Under the pieces are notes generated by a model, which had not been told where the DNA came from, did no database searches, and was given only the letters and a program-made list of their open reading frames with translations. The position numbers and the translations under genes are program-made. From Tubulanus polymorphus (taxonomy: Eukaryota; Animalia; Nemertea), in the NCBI RefSeq assembly GCF_964204645.1, contig NC_134028.1, positions 26,098,345 to 26,162,344 of the forward strand: a stretch of 64,000 nucleotides of DNA, read 5' to 3'. This document shows, in pieces, positions 12,453 through 26,273 of the stretch. Position 1 is the stretch's first letter, and each line of letters opens with the position of its first letter.

Positions 12453-13813
12453 TTACGTATCAAGACACCAACAAAATGTTCACGTCGTTCGGAGGATAAT
12501 TCGATATTAGAAGAAAGACTGGGCTTTTAGCGACGTTTCTGAATGTATATACGAAACGACATGATCTGCTCGATTCAATAAGTTGGTGACCATTTGAAAT
12601 TATATGCGCTTAAAAAAACTAATCAGTTCATGTAGTAGTTATCCGAACTACTGAATATCGGGTGTCAGTAACATTAAGCGATTAACGACGACGTATTGGT
12701 TAATGATGTTCTGGTTTGGACCGTATTAACCGAAGCCACCATTATCCGATAATATTCAATATTCGCCGAGCGACGAACGGATCGGAAATATCCACCAGAC
12801 GCTCGTGTAAGTCAACATCGGATTTGCGTATAGCAGAATACGCCGATATTATGGATGCACGGGTAATAGATGAACACATCTCTTATGGCGAATATCAAAA
12901 TCTGTCTGGACAATTACAATATTTGTGTTCAGTAGATTGACATCAGTTCGCCATTCAGCAATTTTTTGTAGAAATATAAGAGCACGCGTAGCGTTCACTA
13001 TGAACTATGTACTGAACTATGAACTATTGAACTATGTATTTCTTATTATTTTATCACCTGTAATCTATGCATCTTATTATCTATTACGCGACGTTGAGAG
13101 AAGTCACGTGGTTAAGGAAGTTCCCTTACGGGGTCAGTGTCCTGAGGACGTTATTTTTATCGTTTTAAAGTTATTTTCAACAACTGAGTTAGTTTTACTC
13201 TTAGGCAGTAAAATCCGAAACATGAAAAATGAATCAAAATAGAGTAAAATCAGAAAAAAAGATTGAAAAATTAGTAATTCATATCCCCAGGTCGCTTTTT
13301 GTGCATATCTCATATATATTTGATCTCAATTTCATCTTTTAATGTGATTCGAAAGTTGACTCGAAAACTGACGATGAAAATAAATGCCCTCGGCTGCGAT
13401 GTAGCGAGTTTTCTATACTACGTATATTATTCTACTTGGAAAATTTCTGAAGGCAAAACGTGTTTAAAAAGCAAGACAAACAAAGCACGCATAATACTAA
13501 GAGATCAGTATCTAGAAGGCAACGAACGACGTTCAAACAACATTAGACGCCATTGGTTTACACATAAAATGCATTACCACACTTTTTTCTGAAAAGGGAC
13601 AGGAAGTATCGGCTGCTTCTTACGCGCACTTAGTATCTGATATTCTTCATCCGCTGTCCTAACATGAAAATAGTATCGGAGAGTAGAAATACGTAAGACA
13701 TTGCATTTAAGGTTTGACGGGGACAGATGAAACAATATTTCCGCTATTCATTCAAAATGTATTTTCATTGTGTGGAGTTCAGCCGACAGGGGGAGTAAGT
13801 GTGAAAGATGAAA

Positions 13814-13904
13814 GCAGCCTCAGTAGCTCAGTGAGATAAGGCGTGATGCTGTTGCATCCTCTATCATTGCTGAGTGACAAGTGGGTTCTAGTCCTGCTGG
13901 CTGC
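13814..13904 (+). mobile_element. tRNA-derived SINE head or tRNA pseudogene
   Basis: GCAGCC...GGCTGC acceptor-like stem, A-box TAGCTCAGTGAG, B-box-like GGGTTCTAGTCC in a T-arm; anticodon arm not canonical. Confidence 0.55.
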
Positions 13905-16057
13905 CTACCGTCGTGGGGTTAAATGACTAATCCAATAGGGTTAGTCTTGGGAAACCAAGATTCAAGTGACGTAAAGCCAAAATAAAACAAAAAAGCAACG
14001 TGATTCTTGTAAAGTGTGTAGGTTTGAACGTGATGGACAAATCGTGTATATTGACGACGAATTGCGTTCTTGAATCTTGAATAGATTCAAAGGTACGTGC
14101 GTGGGGAAAAACCCTCACCTCGCTTGAGAACAGACTCAACTCGACAAAATTACTTTTTAATCCGATTGTTCCGCGTTTCGACGAAAACGAATTTGTCATT
14201 ACTCGCATTAAACGGTCGTAGGAAACGAGTCGACAATTCTGTCCCCAATAGCACATTATTTATCCTTAATGACGCCAATTTACGGAGACTGGTGAATATT
14301 CTTAAGCACGTCCAGCGCTGCAGCGCGTTAGGTTGCGTGGGCTTCATCTTAACTAATGGCCTTCCGAATTTACCGTCGGCTCGGGGAGACCTGATTACAA
14401 TCCACCCATGCCATAGGGGGATCTGATAGGTTCGCACGGACCTCTAAAATATTCCATATGCCTTTTTTTAAAGAAACGCTGGTACGAAATTTACTTCGGA
14501 AAAGGACAGCTTAACTAACTTCTAGCGAAACTGGGCTCACATGTGCAATATTTTGACCAAAAGAGTATTTATTCAAAAGCTATCAAAATTTGGCATGAAA
14601 TTTGATATTTTGTCTCATACAGGCGCGAAATGTGCCCTGTGGCTAGATTTGGAAGCACCTTTGAGAAATCCTGGCTACAGACTGCAGTTCTAGGGCCAAT
14701 CTGTCAATCAAGACCCTATAGCTCACGGATGATGTAGTGCCCCTATAGTTGTTCCGTTGTTTAGGCGAATAATATGCTTGGGAGGGTCCTAGATCTTTTA
14801 GATTATCTGATGTACTTTAATTCTCCTTGATTGACAAAATAAAACTGTCATTCCAGCCGGGCATTCCAGGGATCACTTGCACATCGTGACTCAAGTCCAA
14901 AAGAGGTCATCAGTTTTTAAGGTTATACTATTCGACTGGTATTCCACGCCTGACGATAGATCTATCGTTCACATGGGTCTTGTGCAAGAGACCGAATAAC
15001 TGTCAGGTCTATTCGAGTCAGTGCACTAAGATCATCTCGTAAGAATGATTAAAACGCGCACAGACGTAACGCATCAGTATCTATTTAACTAAGCCTAAAC
15101 AGATTCCTCATTGATCTGATCTGTCGCCGGTACACCAGACATTTACTATCAAAAAGAAATCTTATCGGGATTTGTATCGTTAGCAGACATGTAGGGAAGG
15201 AGGCCAGTTCTTTAGAGTATTGGCTTTATTCTCGTAATGAACCAGAATCGAAAAAAAAACAAAATAACAACTCGATTCATTTTAGTTTCGCGCGAAGTTA
15301 ATGAACCTGAAGGTAATTGAATCTTTCCACAAACGAGTCCATATGAATAATACTGAATCAATGCAAAAAAACTTGATTTCCCCGGATATGTTGAATATTA
15401 ACAAGCAACCAATGAAGCATTAAAGAATTGAAAAAAGTTGTCATTTCGGACTCATGTTTTTCCTTCAACGCAAAAACCGAGTAAAAAAACAACGAGTTCA
15501 TATATACAACACTCGGGCGAAAGATAAAAACATCATTCGAAATTCTGTATATGTTAGGTAAAGGCATCAGACTTTGAATACAAGGCAGATTTGATTAACT
15601 GCTGATTCACTGCTGTGGGTTCTGTATGATGTGTATAGACACTGTAGAATAATTCAGACATCACAGTCAATACAAGACTAATTCTTCAAATTCAATCTAC
15701 GAAACCATCTTTAGCGCGGCCTCTTTTGCCTGTATCTATATAACGGGTAAGAATTCATTTCAATAAGCAAAAAATATTTTCAAAAATCAACTTTTATGAT
15801 TCCAAAAGATAGGCCAATAAATTGCGGCAGTTTTTTGTCGTAATAAGAATAAGTGTATCAAGATATATCAGCGGAGTCAGGGCCGCCGTCCGACTACTAT
15901 CAGATTTTGACCGTCATGGTTTGCCTCTATTCTTCGTCTACGTATCATTTATTTGAGTTGTTCTGTTCAACGTGCAATATTTAAGTAATATCATTAGCTC
16001 ACAAATTCACCATCGACGATGTGTATATGGGCAGCACTTGAGAGGTTAAGATTTGAC

Positions 16058-16190
16058 TTATGTACTTCGATTTAAACAAAATAAATTCTGCAAATTCGAC
16101 CCCTGCTTCGATCCCGGCAGGTGTGATGGGTTTGTAAGGGACACAAAATAAAAGAAACAACAAACGAAATCAACCAATAAAAACAATTTG
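16058..16190 (+). repeat. Dispersed repeat with A-rich tail (retroposon 3' end-like), copy 1
   Basis: Shares tatgtacttcgatttaaa and cccggcaggtgtg.tgggt.tgtaagggacac plus an A-rich tail with 48796-48975. Confidence 0.65.
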
Positions 16191-18251
16191 ACAAAACTGG
16201 ATATTCCTACTGCGGCATGCGAGTAATAGGCAGATTGACGAATACACCAAACAGCACTATTTTAATCTCTGAATGTATGTTCAAAACGGTCTCTTATAAT
16301 CTTCTTAATACAGAATATTGATATCAGATGACACGATTTTCGACGAAGAAAGATCAATATTTTACCCATTAGAGTAATGTAATCAATATTGATCACAATC
16401 AGGTTTCATCAGCGTCTTGGCAGCGTTTTGTAAGACATTGTTTTTATCTGAAAGCGGATCAGGGGAGATACTTTTGAGAAACCATTTGAGTTCAACGGCC
16501 ACTGGCGTCCAGCAAGATTTAACCGCGTAACGAATTCGAAACTCGTGGTCTATTTTTTCTTATTGGGAGTAACTCTCTGTAAGGATTACTGAAGCTTATC
16601 AAGTGAAAGGAAAACGCTTTTTTCCTTTTTTGTTACGAAAACCACCATCTCGTCTTTAAGCCAGCGCTACGCGAGTGAAGATCCATCGGAAAAAATGAAC
16701 TACAAGCGAGTCAATAAGATAAACCAGATCCGACCAATAACATACTCTCCGGGGCATCATCGAGCCATGTTCGAAATCTCGTTACAAATCGATATCGCCT
16801 CGCGCGCTGAAAATGATGTAATACGTGTCGCTCGCAAAACACCGACACCGACAATTATTTCCTCTCGAAAATTTATTGCGTTGTTCGCAAGTATTTCCCG
16901 AGCTTTCGACGTTGTCATAATTTGTCCATTAACAAGACATTCACGTCGATAGAACGTCACCTAGAGCGTTTGACCAAGGCGTCAACGCTCCACTAAAAAC
17001 CGCTCATAAACCAGATAAAAACCTCCCTTGATATTTGACACCGATTTTCAGCTAGTCATCGAATGACAGATAGGGCTGCTTGTAAAAAACCAATCTCGTC
17101 AGTGCAATGATGAGAGAATCGCGATGCCGTATTTGACTGAGAGAATTAGCGTATTATGCTGTATCTAATATTTATTGTCCTGTAAATAGCATCGACCAAT
17201 CGAAGATCTTTTTTCTCCGCTCAATGAATTTAAAAGAATTCGTCGTTTATTCTTTAATGACTTATCAAGCAATTATTAAACTATTTGATTGGCCCGGATT
17301 TAAATTCAAACAGTTCATTCTCTTTCCTACGATCACTTGACCCGATAAACATATGGTAATTTATTCATAACGGTTGTTTTGTCGTCTTCTAGGCTCTTAA
17401 TCCATCACTTCCTTTACTATTGTAAAAATACCTGGTATTAATATTTTTATAAAGCTATTATTGTACTTCAAACAAGTTATGTATTACGGATCTGCCCCCA
17501 GTTAAAACATCACCAGTTTCTTTTATTTATTTAGTAAATCTGGTGGACGTTGAGCTGGTTGATGTCTCACTAAATAAAGCCGAAACTGAGTGTGTGATCA
17601 CCACTACAGTTGTTCTGTCAGCAGCATCTGTATGTGGGTGTATGGATCACATACTAATCACCATCAAGAAAATTTCGGTTTTAACCGATTTGACATGAAA
17701 TCTTCGACTTCCATTAGGCCCACCCATCGGGAATCCTACGCAATTGTGATCTAATACGGAAAGACACCAGTGGAGTCTGTGGGATGATGATTCGAAGGCG
17801 GCGTGTTTCACTTTTTTTATCTCAATGTAGATGATATTGAACGAGGAACCTACTGTTGAAAGTAAAGTTTCATTCGATTCCACATAAGGATTGGTCGGCT
17901 GTTGAAAACGGCTTTATTTATTAATAACTAATTGTCTCCTGAATTCGTTGGCAGAATCTACGTAAACATCTTCTACGTTATGTTGTATTCGTGTAGGCAC
18001 AGTTACCATCCACGCGAATTTGAACAGGCTATATATTTCATCCGAAGCCATTTACACGCTTAATTTCAATCTGGAAGAAATTTCTCGGCAACCAAAAGAT
18101 AAATAATGCATGAGACTTGAATGGAATTTTACCGGTTGAATTTTTCAATCAAATCAAATCGTCTCTGTCCTATCGTAAATCACAGGGTTCTGTTTTTCGG
18201 ATACAAAATTATGAAACAATTTTATCTAAGCCGTTCCAGAGGTTCAAACTA

Positions 18252-18380
18252 AGGGCCAGTTGCTGAGTCATGACTTAGAATAAAGACCAATCTAAAACCA
18301 ACCTAGTTATGTAGCTTATCTAACCACTGAAGACCAGTCTTAAGATAGGAAATCAATTGGTCTGTAGACTCATGTCAATT
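18252..18380. mobile_element. MITE (family B), degenerate
   Basis: GGGCCAGTTG start; agaccagtcttaag core as in the 4165 copy (reverse orientation). Confidence 0.5.
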
Positions 18381-19251
18381 TTCAAGGAGGATCCAAGTGC
18401 CTTAAATAATCATGAGTATCTGAGATACCCTCCCAAGCATCGTTCAAATTCGGCAAAAACAACTTGTAAAATGGAGGGACTTTGAGTTGGGGTATTTTGT
18501 AATCGGAACACGTGTAGCACGTAATCTGATCTAGAGGACTACGTAATTTGAGCTGACACTTATGCATTAGTTGTTTAGAAGGTGCTGTATCCTTGTGCTC
18601 TGAGCAATAGGTTTCATATAATAAATAATCCAAGGTCAACTACGGCTACTTGTTTGATCTCAGCTCGTGTTGTTAATTATAGTGTGTGGGCCGCTTTATA
18701 CACGTCTGGCTGAAGATCATAGTGATATCGGTTAACACTATGAAATTGCCCGCTTTTTAGCGTAAATTGGACGCCGCAGGAAAAAGTGTAACGATAAACA
18801 GTGTACTGGATTGCATGCAATGATCGATGGAAACACAATCATCGAAAATCACCTTCTCACGAGTAGAATTACGACCTATTTGCGACAAGTTTATGTCGGA
18901 TATGTAAAGTGGCAGTCTACGCGGTCGTGTATTGAATATCGAGTTTTCAACGTGATTAACCGTCGATACCAGATTGAATCAAACTGTGACGACGAATTTA
19001 GACGTGATGATATAGAAACTGTTCTCATGGAAAGCATTCTTACACAAAAAAATGACCAGATAATAGTTTACTGAAGACAGCGAAAAAAATATATAAGCCA
19101 TATAAGTTACACAATGTAGGTTCATTTTCTGATGATTACGGTGAAATGACCCAAGTTGGTTACTAACGTGGTAGAAATTGATAAGATAAAAACCCACTAT
19201 CTACAGATTAAAAGAATTTCTAAAACCAAGAATTTATCTATTCGAACAAGT

Positions 19252-19293
19252 ACACGACGTTTCGATCTCACCCTGGAGATCATCGTCAGGTGT
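19252..19293 (-). ncRNA. Minimal type I hammerhead ribozyme (Penelope-like-element type)
   Basis: Minus strand ACAC-CUGACGA-U-GAUCUC-CAGGGU-GAGAUC-GAAA-CG-UC-GUGU: intact core, 6 bp stem II, 4 bp stem I, GUC cleavage triplet, palindromic stem III. Confidence 0.75.
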
Positions 19294-22064
19294 GGTAGAA
19301 ATTATTGAATTGTATAATGTTTGTATGATGTATAAACCGATTGTAAGCATTATTAAACCTACGAACAATTATCTGTTCAGGTAATTGCTCATAGATTAAA
19401 CCGACATCTCTCTGGCCAGACATTTGCACATACCACATTAGGCAATGCGATCCCCATTGTAGCCTGAATCCGATAAAGATGGCCCTCCATTGACCTGAAA
19501 TTCTATTCATCTTGGAATGGCTCTGAAATTCAACTTCCGGGCGTACTAATCGATGTTACTCAGGTTCCTGTGTAAATTGCAATTGCTCGACATTTTGTAA
19601 ACAGAACTCTATTGAACATTGTTGCTTCAATCTCTAACAATAGCGGATATCAACCTCCGATCATTAGCACGATCATCTAGCTGTTCAAATACGTCACTAT
19701 TCCTGACAACGCAGAATATACAAGTTTGCTGAGTTCGTATTCGCAGGAAATACACGTCATTTACCCAACCCCCGGAGTGCACCTTTTGTTAGATTCGTCG
19801 ATCTTATTCGAACACGAAATTCTCTGATTAAAAACCGCACGTTTCATATTAAAGTCGCTACCGCCGCTGCACATAATTACGAACTCATATCTTAAACATT
19901 GACAACGAATGATGAGACGGAAATGTGAGTCGTGTCCTCGTGTTTAACTGTTTATATTATCGTCGAGTTTCGAAAGTTGACACGTGTGTACGTAGATTGT
20001 GTGGCGTTTAATACAATAGAACGAAAAGATCACGTCATCGAACTCACAATTCGTGATCAAGTTACTTTACCTATTTTGCGTTGTATTCTGCATCGTAGTC
20101 AAACTTAGTTCAATTTAATCACTTTACATCATTCGCAACGATTCGAACATTCTCCAACCTAATGTACCGACCCCAAGTAAACCATTAATCAATCGATCCC
20201 GATCATTTGAAAGAGCCCATATCATTATCAAACAATGGTTTACGTCTTTATTACAAATCAACATTGTGGTAACAGCCCATGGATACCCTATAGACTGATT
20301 GGTCCCCGGTTTTGCTAAAACTAATGGGGAACATTATTATACCCTAGTCATACACAGTGTTCTAAAGCTAGGGTGACTGAACAAATACTTTCTTTGCTCG
20401 TATCAAGAGATCAATGGCTGGAGATCTGATCTATACGCGACTATATACAGGCTGTTACAAAACTAACAATCGTCAGGATGTAAATAACACGTTATATCTA
20501 TGTACATTGTGTCGTGTATTTCAGAAGTTTGTCGATGTTTCTATGTAAATAACAAACAACGCATCACACGCACAGAGGGCATGGAGTTGATAATCGATTA
20601 TCAATGCACTTTCCAACATCGGAACTATAATGCTCATTTCGACAACAAAATTCTATTTTGAATAGAGTCATTTCACTTTTTCTGATGATCGGCCCCCGCA
20701 GCCGACTGTGGCATTCAAGGATTCCACTCGTGGCAAGCGATGAACCACCAGGCGGCTACAGTGTTCCGATTTATAATCACTGAATGCAGCACTATGATAT
20801 AACCAAACTCAGATGTTTCATCCCATATATTCTGAAATCGACTCCATACTGTTACTGTAGAATCTCATGTGCATTTCAGCAACTAACCAAGCATCAATTG
20901 CATGAATTGTCAGGACATGAGATGAATTTTAAATCCGTCAAGACTGCGTCGTTATTTCTCCCAAGATTAATATTTATCGTGGCCGTAAATCGTGTATTCC
21001 CGGGTTATGTTTTCGAAGTTGACATTTGATAATTGATATCTGTCCTGTTTGTATGCACAAGAGGTTGTTACCCAGACTACACTTGTCAGAGAGCGAGAGA
21101 CAATAATTGTTGCCTGCCTGGTTGCCATCTTGACACGTATTCATTTTTACAATAAAGATGATGCTCTGCGGGATGATTCGATCGGATGCAGATTCCCTTA
21201 GAAGTCGAAATTGGATGCAACATCTGATATTCTTATGTATATATGCACTCACGAAAAACTCAATCATATTCTTACATGTCTACGAAATGCGAAAATATCT
21301 CAGAGTTATCGGAATTCAAAGAGTTCGATATCACTACATTACTTTTGATGTTTTCAAAGTTGTCATTTGCTCTAACACAGCGGAGTGTCTAGTCTTTACT
21401 TCAATCAGAAGCTTGTTTAAAACGCAAATATGTGTATATAGGGATATATGTGTATATGTTCTGAATAATTATTTCAGGGCTTTTGTAATTGTATCAGCTG
21501 GAATCGATATGGATATTGATAGGTGGTACATTAGATCGCAACAATCGGGATGTCAAGCTTTAGACTTCAATTAATATCTATTACGTTTAAAACATTGATA
21601 CACAAAGTGTATGTTCTACCATTGGAGGTGTGTATACTGAATCAGTGTAAAACGATATCGGCTATGTGGGTATTGATAGATATTGTAAAAAGTATTTCAT
21701 AAACTTTCGATATAGTATCTGCACTGAAACTGATCATCAAAGCCTCGCCGCAAGTGTGATATTCATAGGATTACATACTGTGTACATCTCTATCTTTTTA
21801 CTTTCATTTGCGCGTCTTGTTCACAAGCTGTGTGTGAAATACATACGAAATCAAAAGATCCGCTGAGAGCTATTTAATGTCAAGTTACTTAGGCGAGTAT
21901 TACAAGTCTGACGCCCGGTGGTGCACTGCTGAAATTGCCTCACTTATTTCGTACGGCATTCAGACGAAAAACGGCGAATTTCCAGCCTTCATAAGAGCGG
22001 TTGCTGTTAGACGTATAGAAGATATGTCATTTTATAGCTGGAAGGTGTATTTTAGGCTCATGTT

Positions 22065-22219
22065 CAGGGCCGTACCTGGCATTTGATTGGGGGGGGGGGT
22101 CAGAAAAACCCGAAAGAGAATAGAATAACAATATTTGCAGAAAGGGCACTTTTCCAAAATTTCATGTGAGTGACTGCTCCCCTTGCCCCCCCCCCCCCAG
22201 CCCGTCTACTACGCCCCTG
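22065..22219. mobile_element. MITE with CAGGG ends (hAT-like)
   Basis: CAGGGCCGTA...TACGCCCCTG TIR with internal G-run/C-run; no clear target-site duplication. Confidence 0.6.
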
Positions 22220-22371
22220 GTGTTGGAACGTATATTTCCAAAATGTTTAGACAACGATCTGTATACGGCCAACAGACATACAGATATATCCATATAAGGA
22301 AACCCTGTACAGGAACATAGTTAACTGTGGCACACGATTTTTCTCTATTCCGACACCTCTGGATAAACCTT

Positions 22372-22512
22372 GGCTAAAATAAAACTGGATTTCTGATTGC
22401 TAATGATGACATCATCATCTAATCCGCGCTTGTAGCCGCACACTCAGGCTATTGTGGCAGGGTTTCGTGGCGAGTGGTTAACCTTCGTGGTTCGAATCCC
22501 TGCCGGGAAGAT
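22372..22512. mobile_element. tRNA-box inverted-end element (family A), one half
   Basis: gctaaaataaaac.ggat...gacatcatc...GGTTCGAATCCCTGCCGGGAAGATC; matches the right half of the 56800 copy. Confidence 0.65.
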
Positions 22513-25500
22513 CGAAATCAAGGGGCACCCATTTCACCGAAGGACATTTCGCTTCACGAATCGCGATAGCAAAATACCGACTAAACCTGAAATCTAAAGT
22601 AGTTTCTTGAAACTAGCCCCATTCACAAAAAGGTTTCATCCTCGAATTAATGATTTAATTCATTAATGAAGTCGGTGTTAAATCGAATTATGAGTTAATC
22701 CTGTTTGCGTTGTGTATCTAACACCAGGATTGATTGAGAGTCCATGACTTGGAAATCACTTCCGCCTCCGATCAGCCTAATTGTTCAGTATTGGGTCCCG
22801 TGTGTCGATGTAAATCTCATTAGAATCGCGGTCATTCATACGATGAACCCAGTATCGCGTGGACATCCACGAGTGGTTCGTAATGAACCCCATATACAGT
22901 ATAGTAAATTCGTTGCACGCTCGCTCGACCAGGTGCTTAGTCAACTATTAACGAACAATATCCGTAAAACAACATAAGCAGCACCGGTGAATTAGTGACC
23001 CTTGTCACGAGATACAGTTACCAGAAACAATAATTCACAGTTGTATATCGAACGGTCAGATTTACGACGAGTTGGTGCCGTCCGATGCGGCGTCGAGGAG
23101 TCAGTCGACTGACGGCTCTATCGCCGTGAAGTGGCTATAAAATAACGGGCGGTGCTGGTAATGCGAATGACAGAATAGCACGATTCATAATTAAGTTTAT
23201 CTCCGCTCACTTGCTATACAACTAAATACGTAATATATCTCCCTAAATGTGTCTAGTTCACGCGAATAATAATCGCATATACGGCCGCAATGAAGGTACA
23301 TACATTTTTATCACTTGCTCCAACCGAGCGTCAGAGACGAAAAACAATTCCAGCGCATGATGAACATGATAGAAAAAAAGAACTAGAAACATACGACTCG
23401 GACGAAAAGCCGAACGTAACCAGACACCTTTACTGTGGCAAGCGAGGAGACTTGTCAGGAGACTTGGGTCTATTCATCCCAATCACTGAGTAGACAAATT
23501 ATTAATTGTATATCTCGTGGGTCCTGCGATGATATATTGATTTTGGTGTCTAAAAAATCAGTTCAAAGTTTGATTGATGATGAACTTCTTTTGTCAACCT
23601 AAAATAAGATAAGATAATTTATTACTCTCCTACCATTTGCATGGTATGTGGAGGGAAAAAATAATTTTGTTCACAAATATCTGCGTGTGTTTGTTTTGGC
23701 TTTACGTCGCTCGGATCTGAGTTTCCCAAGACTTATCCTAATGGATTATTCATTTAACCTCACGACGGGACGGCCTTCAAAGTGTTGCCCGATCACTGTA
23801 AGCAACCAGTAGGACTCGCGACTGAGTGTTCGTCACGCCATCTGGCGAGATAACTGATACATGCAGCAACCTTTCTAAAATCAATGATTTCAATTAAATT
23901 CGAATGAACTTTTCCCATTAGCAAATCAATTTTCAGTGAAATCTATACGAATACCATGAGACGAAAAAAGTCAATCTAACAACTATTCGCTGACGAGCCT
24001 TGAAAATCCAGTTCAAATTTGCGGTATTTGAAAATGAACAAATTCTCAATACGTTTAACCGAAAATACATATAATTATATATATACATATATATATTACT
24101 GCGCATCTGAAAAGACATTTCGATACGGCTGATGATGTGTCCTATACGGATACGTGTCTATCCGTCAAACAGGTTTGAAATGTGAGATATCAATTGAAGC
24201 ATCGGACCCACGTCTTATGGGGATCGGTGTATTCCGCGTTATGCCGAGGGAACCTGACACTCGACATGTAGACAGAAAGCTATTTGATGAACTAAGTTGA
24301 TGATGGCAGATCTTGTTCCATCGGTTTCCCAGTTTTTCCGTCCTATACAACAGCCGGTGAAAGATACGTTTGTGTTTCTCATTCAACGCAGTGAGATATT
24401 CATCGTGATGAAACACGTCTCTCTCTCTGATTTCCAAAGCCGCGGTTCTGTTTAGGCGTATGTTCATGCTAGAAAGTATTATTCATTGGCATTTTATTGG
24501 ATTCGCTACGAATTCGTATTGGTTTTCAATTAGTCGGCTACTTGTTCACACGATATCTACAAACTATATTTGGGACAGGGAGCTGGCGGGTATTTTCCAT
24601 TTCAACGCTGTGCCAGATAAGCGGAGCTCTCTCAATGACGTCATCAGAGATTCCCTGTTATCCGAATGGGTCACTCACAAATTCGGTAATCACCAAGGTC
24701 ATCGTCGCCAAATTGGAAGGACCGGACTGGAAGCCTGTAAGGGTCCGAGATCCGTCATCCAGCACGCACGGCATGCACACAAATTGAAATTGGGTTGTGT
24801 TATAAAAATGTTTTGAGTGATATCATACTTTTGATTTAACTTACTTCAACGTACTTTAATTAAACCGTTCGTTTTGTTTCTTACAAGATAGTGAGAGCTC
24901 CATCTGTGAATACAGCTTCAAGTACAGACTCGATATACATTGGAGAGACCTGGCAAGACGTCCCAACCTGCCAGTCCTAAACTTACGCATTCGTTATAAA
25001 CGTTTTTGCCACAAACAGTAGCGCTACGCATGCCGCATAGAATCAACGCAGTTAGAAAAAAATCGGAATAATGAACACGGGCCTCAAACATCTAAAAACT
25101 TCAAGTTCAAATTCAAATTCAAGTTCAAGTTCACGGTCAAGTTCAAGATAATCTATCAGGGTCTCTGATCCTCTATGATCAGGATCTTGATAGACCCTCT
25201 AAGGCAAAATATTAATGAAATTACCTGAATATGAAAAACAATATTGGAAATAAAAAAAATTCAAAACTCCGATTAAAAAGTGGTGTCGTCTGCATCCCCT
25301 CGATTCCCCTTTGGTGATGCCTGATGTCTTAAAGTAGGTTTGCCCAAAAATAGTTACCAGATACTTACACCCATTCAAATAACACCCTGTAGGTAGTGAA
25401 TGCGTTATAAAAGTGCGCTATATGATGGAGTTTTGCCCCTATAGATAACAAGAAAACTACATAGATGAACACAACGAATCTAAACCACCGGGAATAATAT

Positions 25501-26096
25501 AAAAAATCAAATGTCAACAGAGAATAAGAGCCACGATAATGGATGAACATGTCATTTCCATCACAGCTGAACTATAGTGAGAATTTCACTAGTGTTGAAC
25601 ACCTGCAAAAACCTAATACATAAATGTAATGCTTTTTTAAACGCTGATCTGATAGCAATAGTTTCCAATATTCGAAAAGCCACGCGCAAAGGACTGACTG
25701 CTCTAGAAATAACGCCGTGATATTCGAATACTTTTATCTATTTTGTGCGTCTATCAAATAGATTTAAGTAGGTCCTAGATCATCGTGCATATTAGATATC
25801 AAACAATATTTAACGATTGAAAAAGTGCGATATTGTTATGTAGAAATATCGATGGATGGTTGTTGAGAGGATACATGATACTGATCATACCGCTGAGTGT
25901 CGACGCGTAAATCAACACGTTGATGGTATGTTTAAATGCTTGATCCGAACGGGATTACGATCTAATATTCGCCGGGTTTATCTCGTACGACCAGAAATAT
26001 CACAGTTTTGATTATAGTTTTTTAGATAGATATCGATGATGAAAGGTTTCTCCGTACGGGACGCGTGCGCTGTCGAGTCGCTGCTGCTCGTCGCGT

Positions 26097-26273
26097 TCAG
26101 TCGGTTCATCGCAACGCGTCGCTAGAAAGAGGACAGTTTCAGCCGAAGTTTGACGACATCGCGCGACGACTGCTCGTTACTGACTGCTCGAAACGCGCTA
26201 ACAGCAGCAGCACCAGCAGACTGAGCGGTATCTACACTCAGACGTGAACAGTTGGTCGTGTAGATTCATCGAG
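26097..26273 (+). promoter_or_regulatory. Probable transcription start and non-coding first exon of the leucokinin receptor gene
   Basis: CG-rich patch with an Inr-like TCAGTC (26097-26102) and a donor GAG|gtaaat at 26273/26274. A plausible acceptor ttttcctag ends at 26561 and leads towards the coding exon. Confidence 0.45.

Noticed and set aside
18382-18639. Minus-strand ORF faintly like a LINE ORF2 C-terminus
   Set aside because: Similarity too weak to support without a profile search.
18709-18755. CUGAAGA...hairpin...GAAA hammerhead-like motif
   Set aside because: No valid stem III/cleavage triplet or stem I. Similar partial motifs at 20682, 41371 and 49763 also fail.
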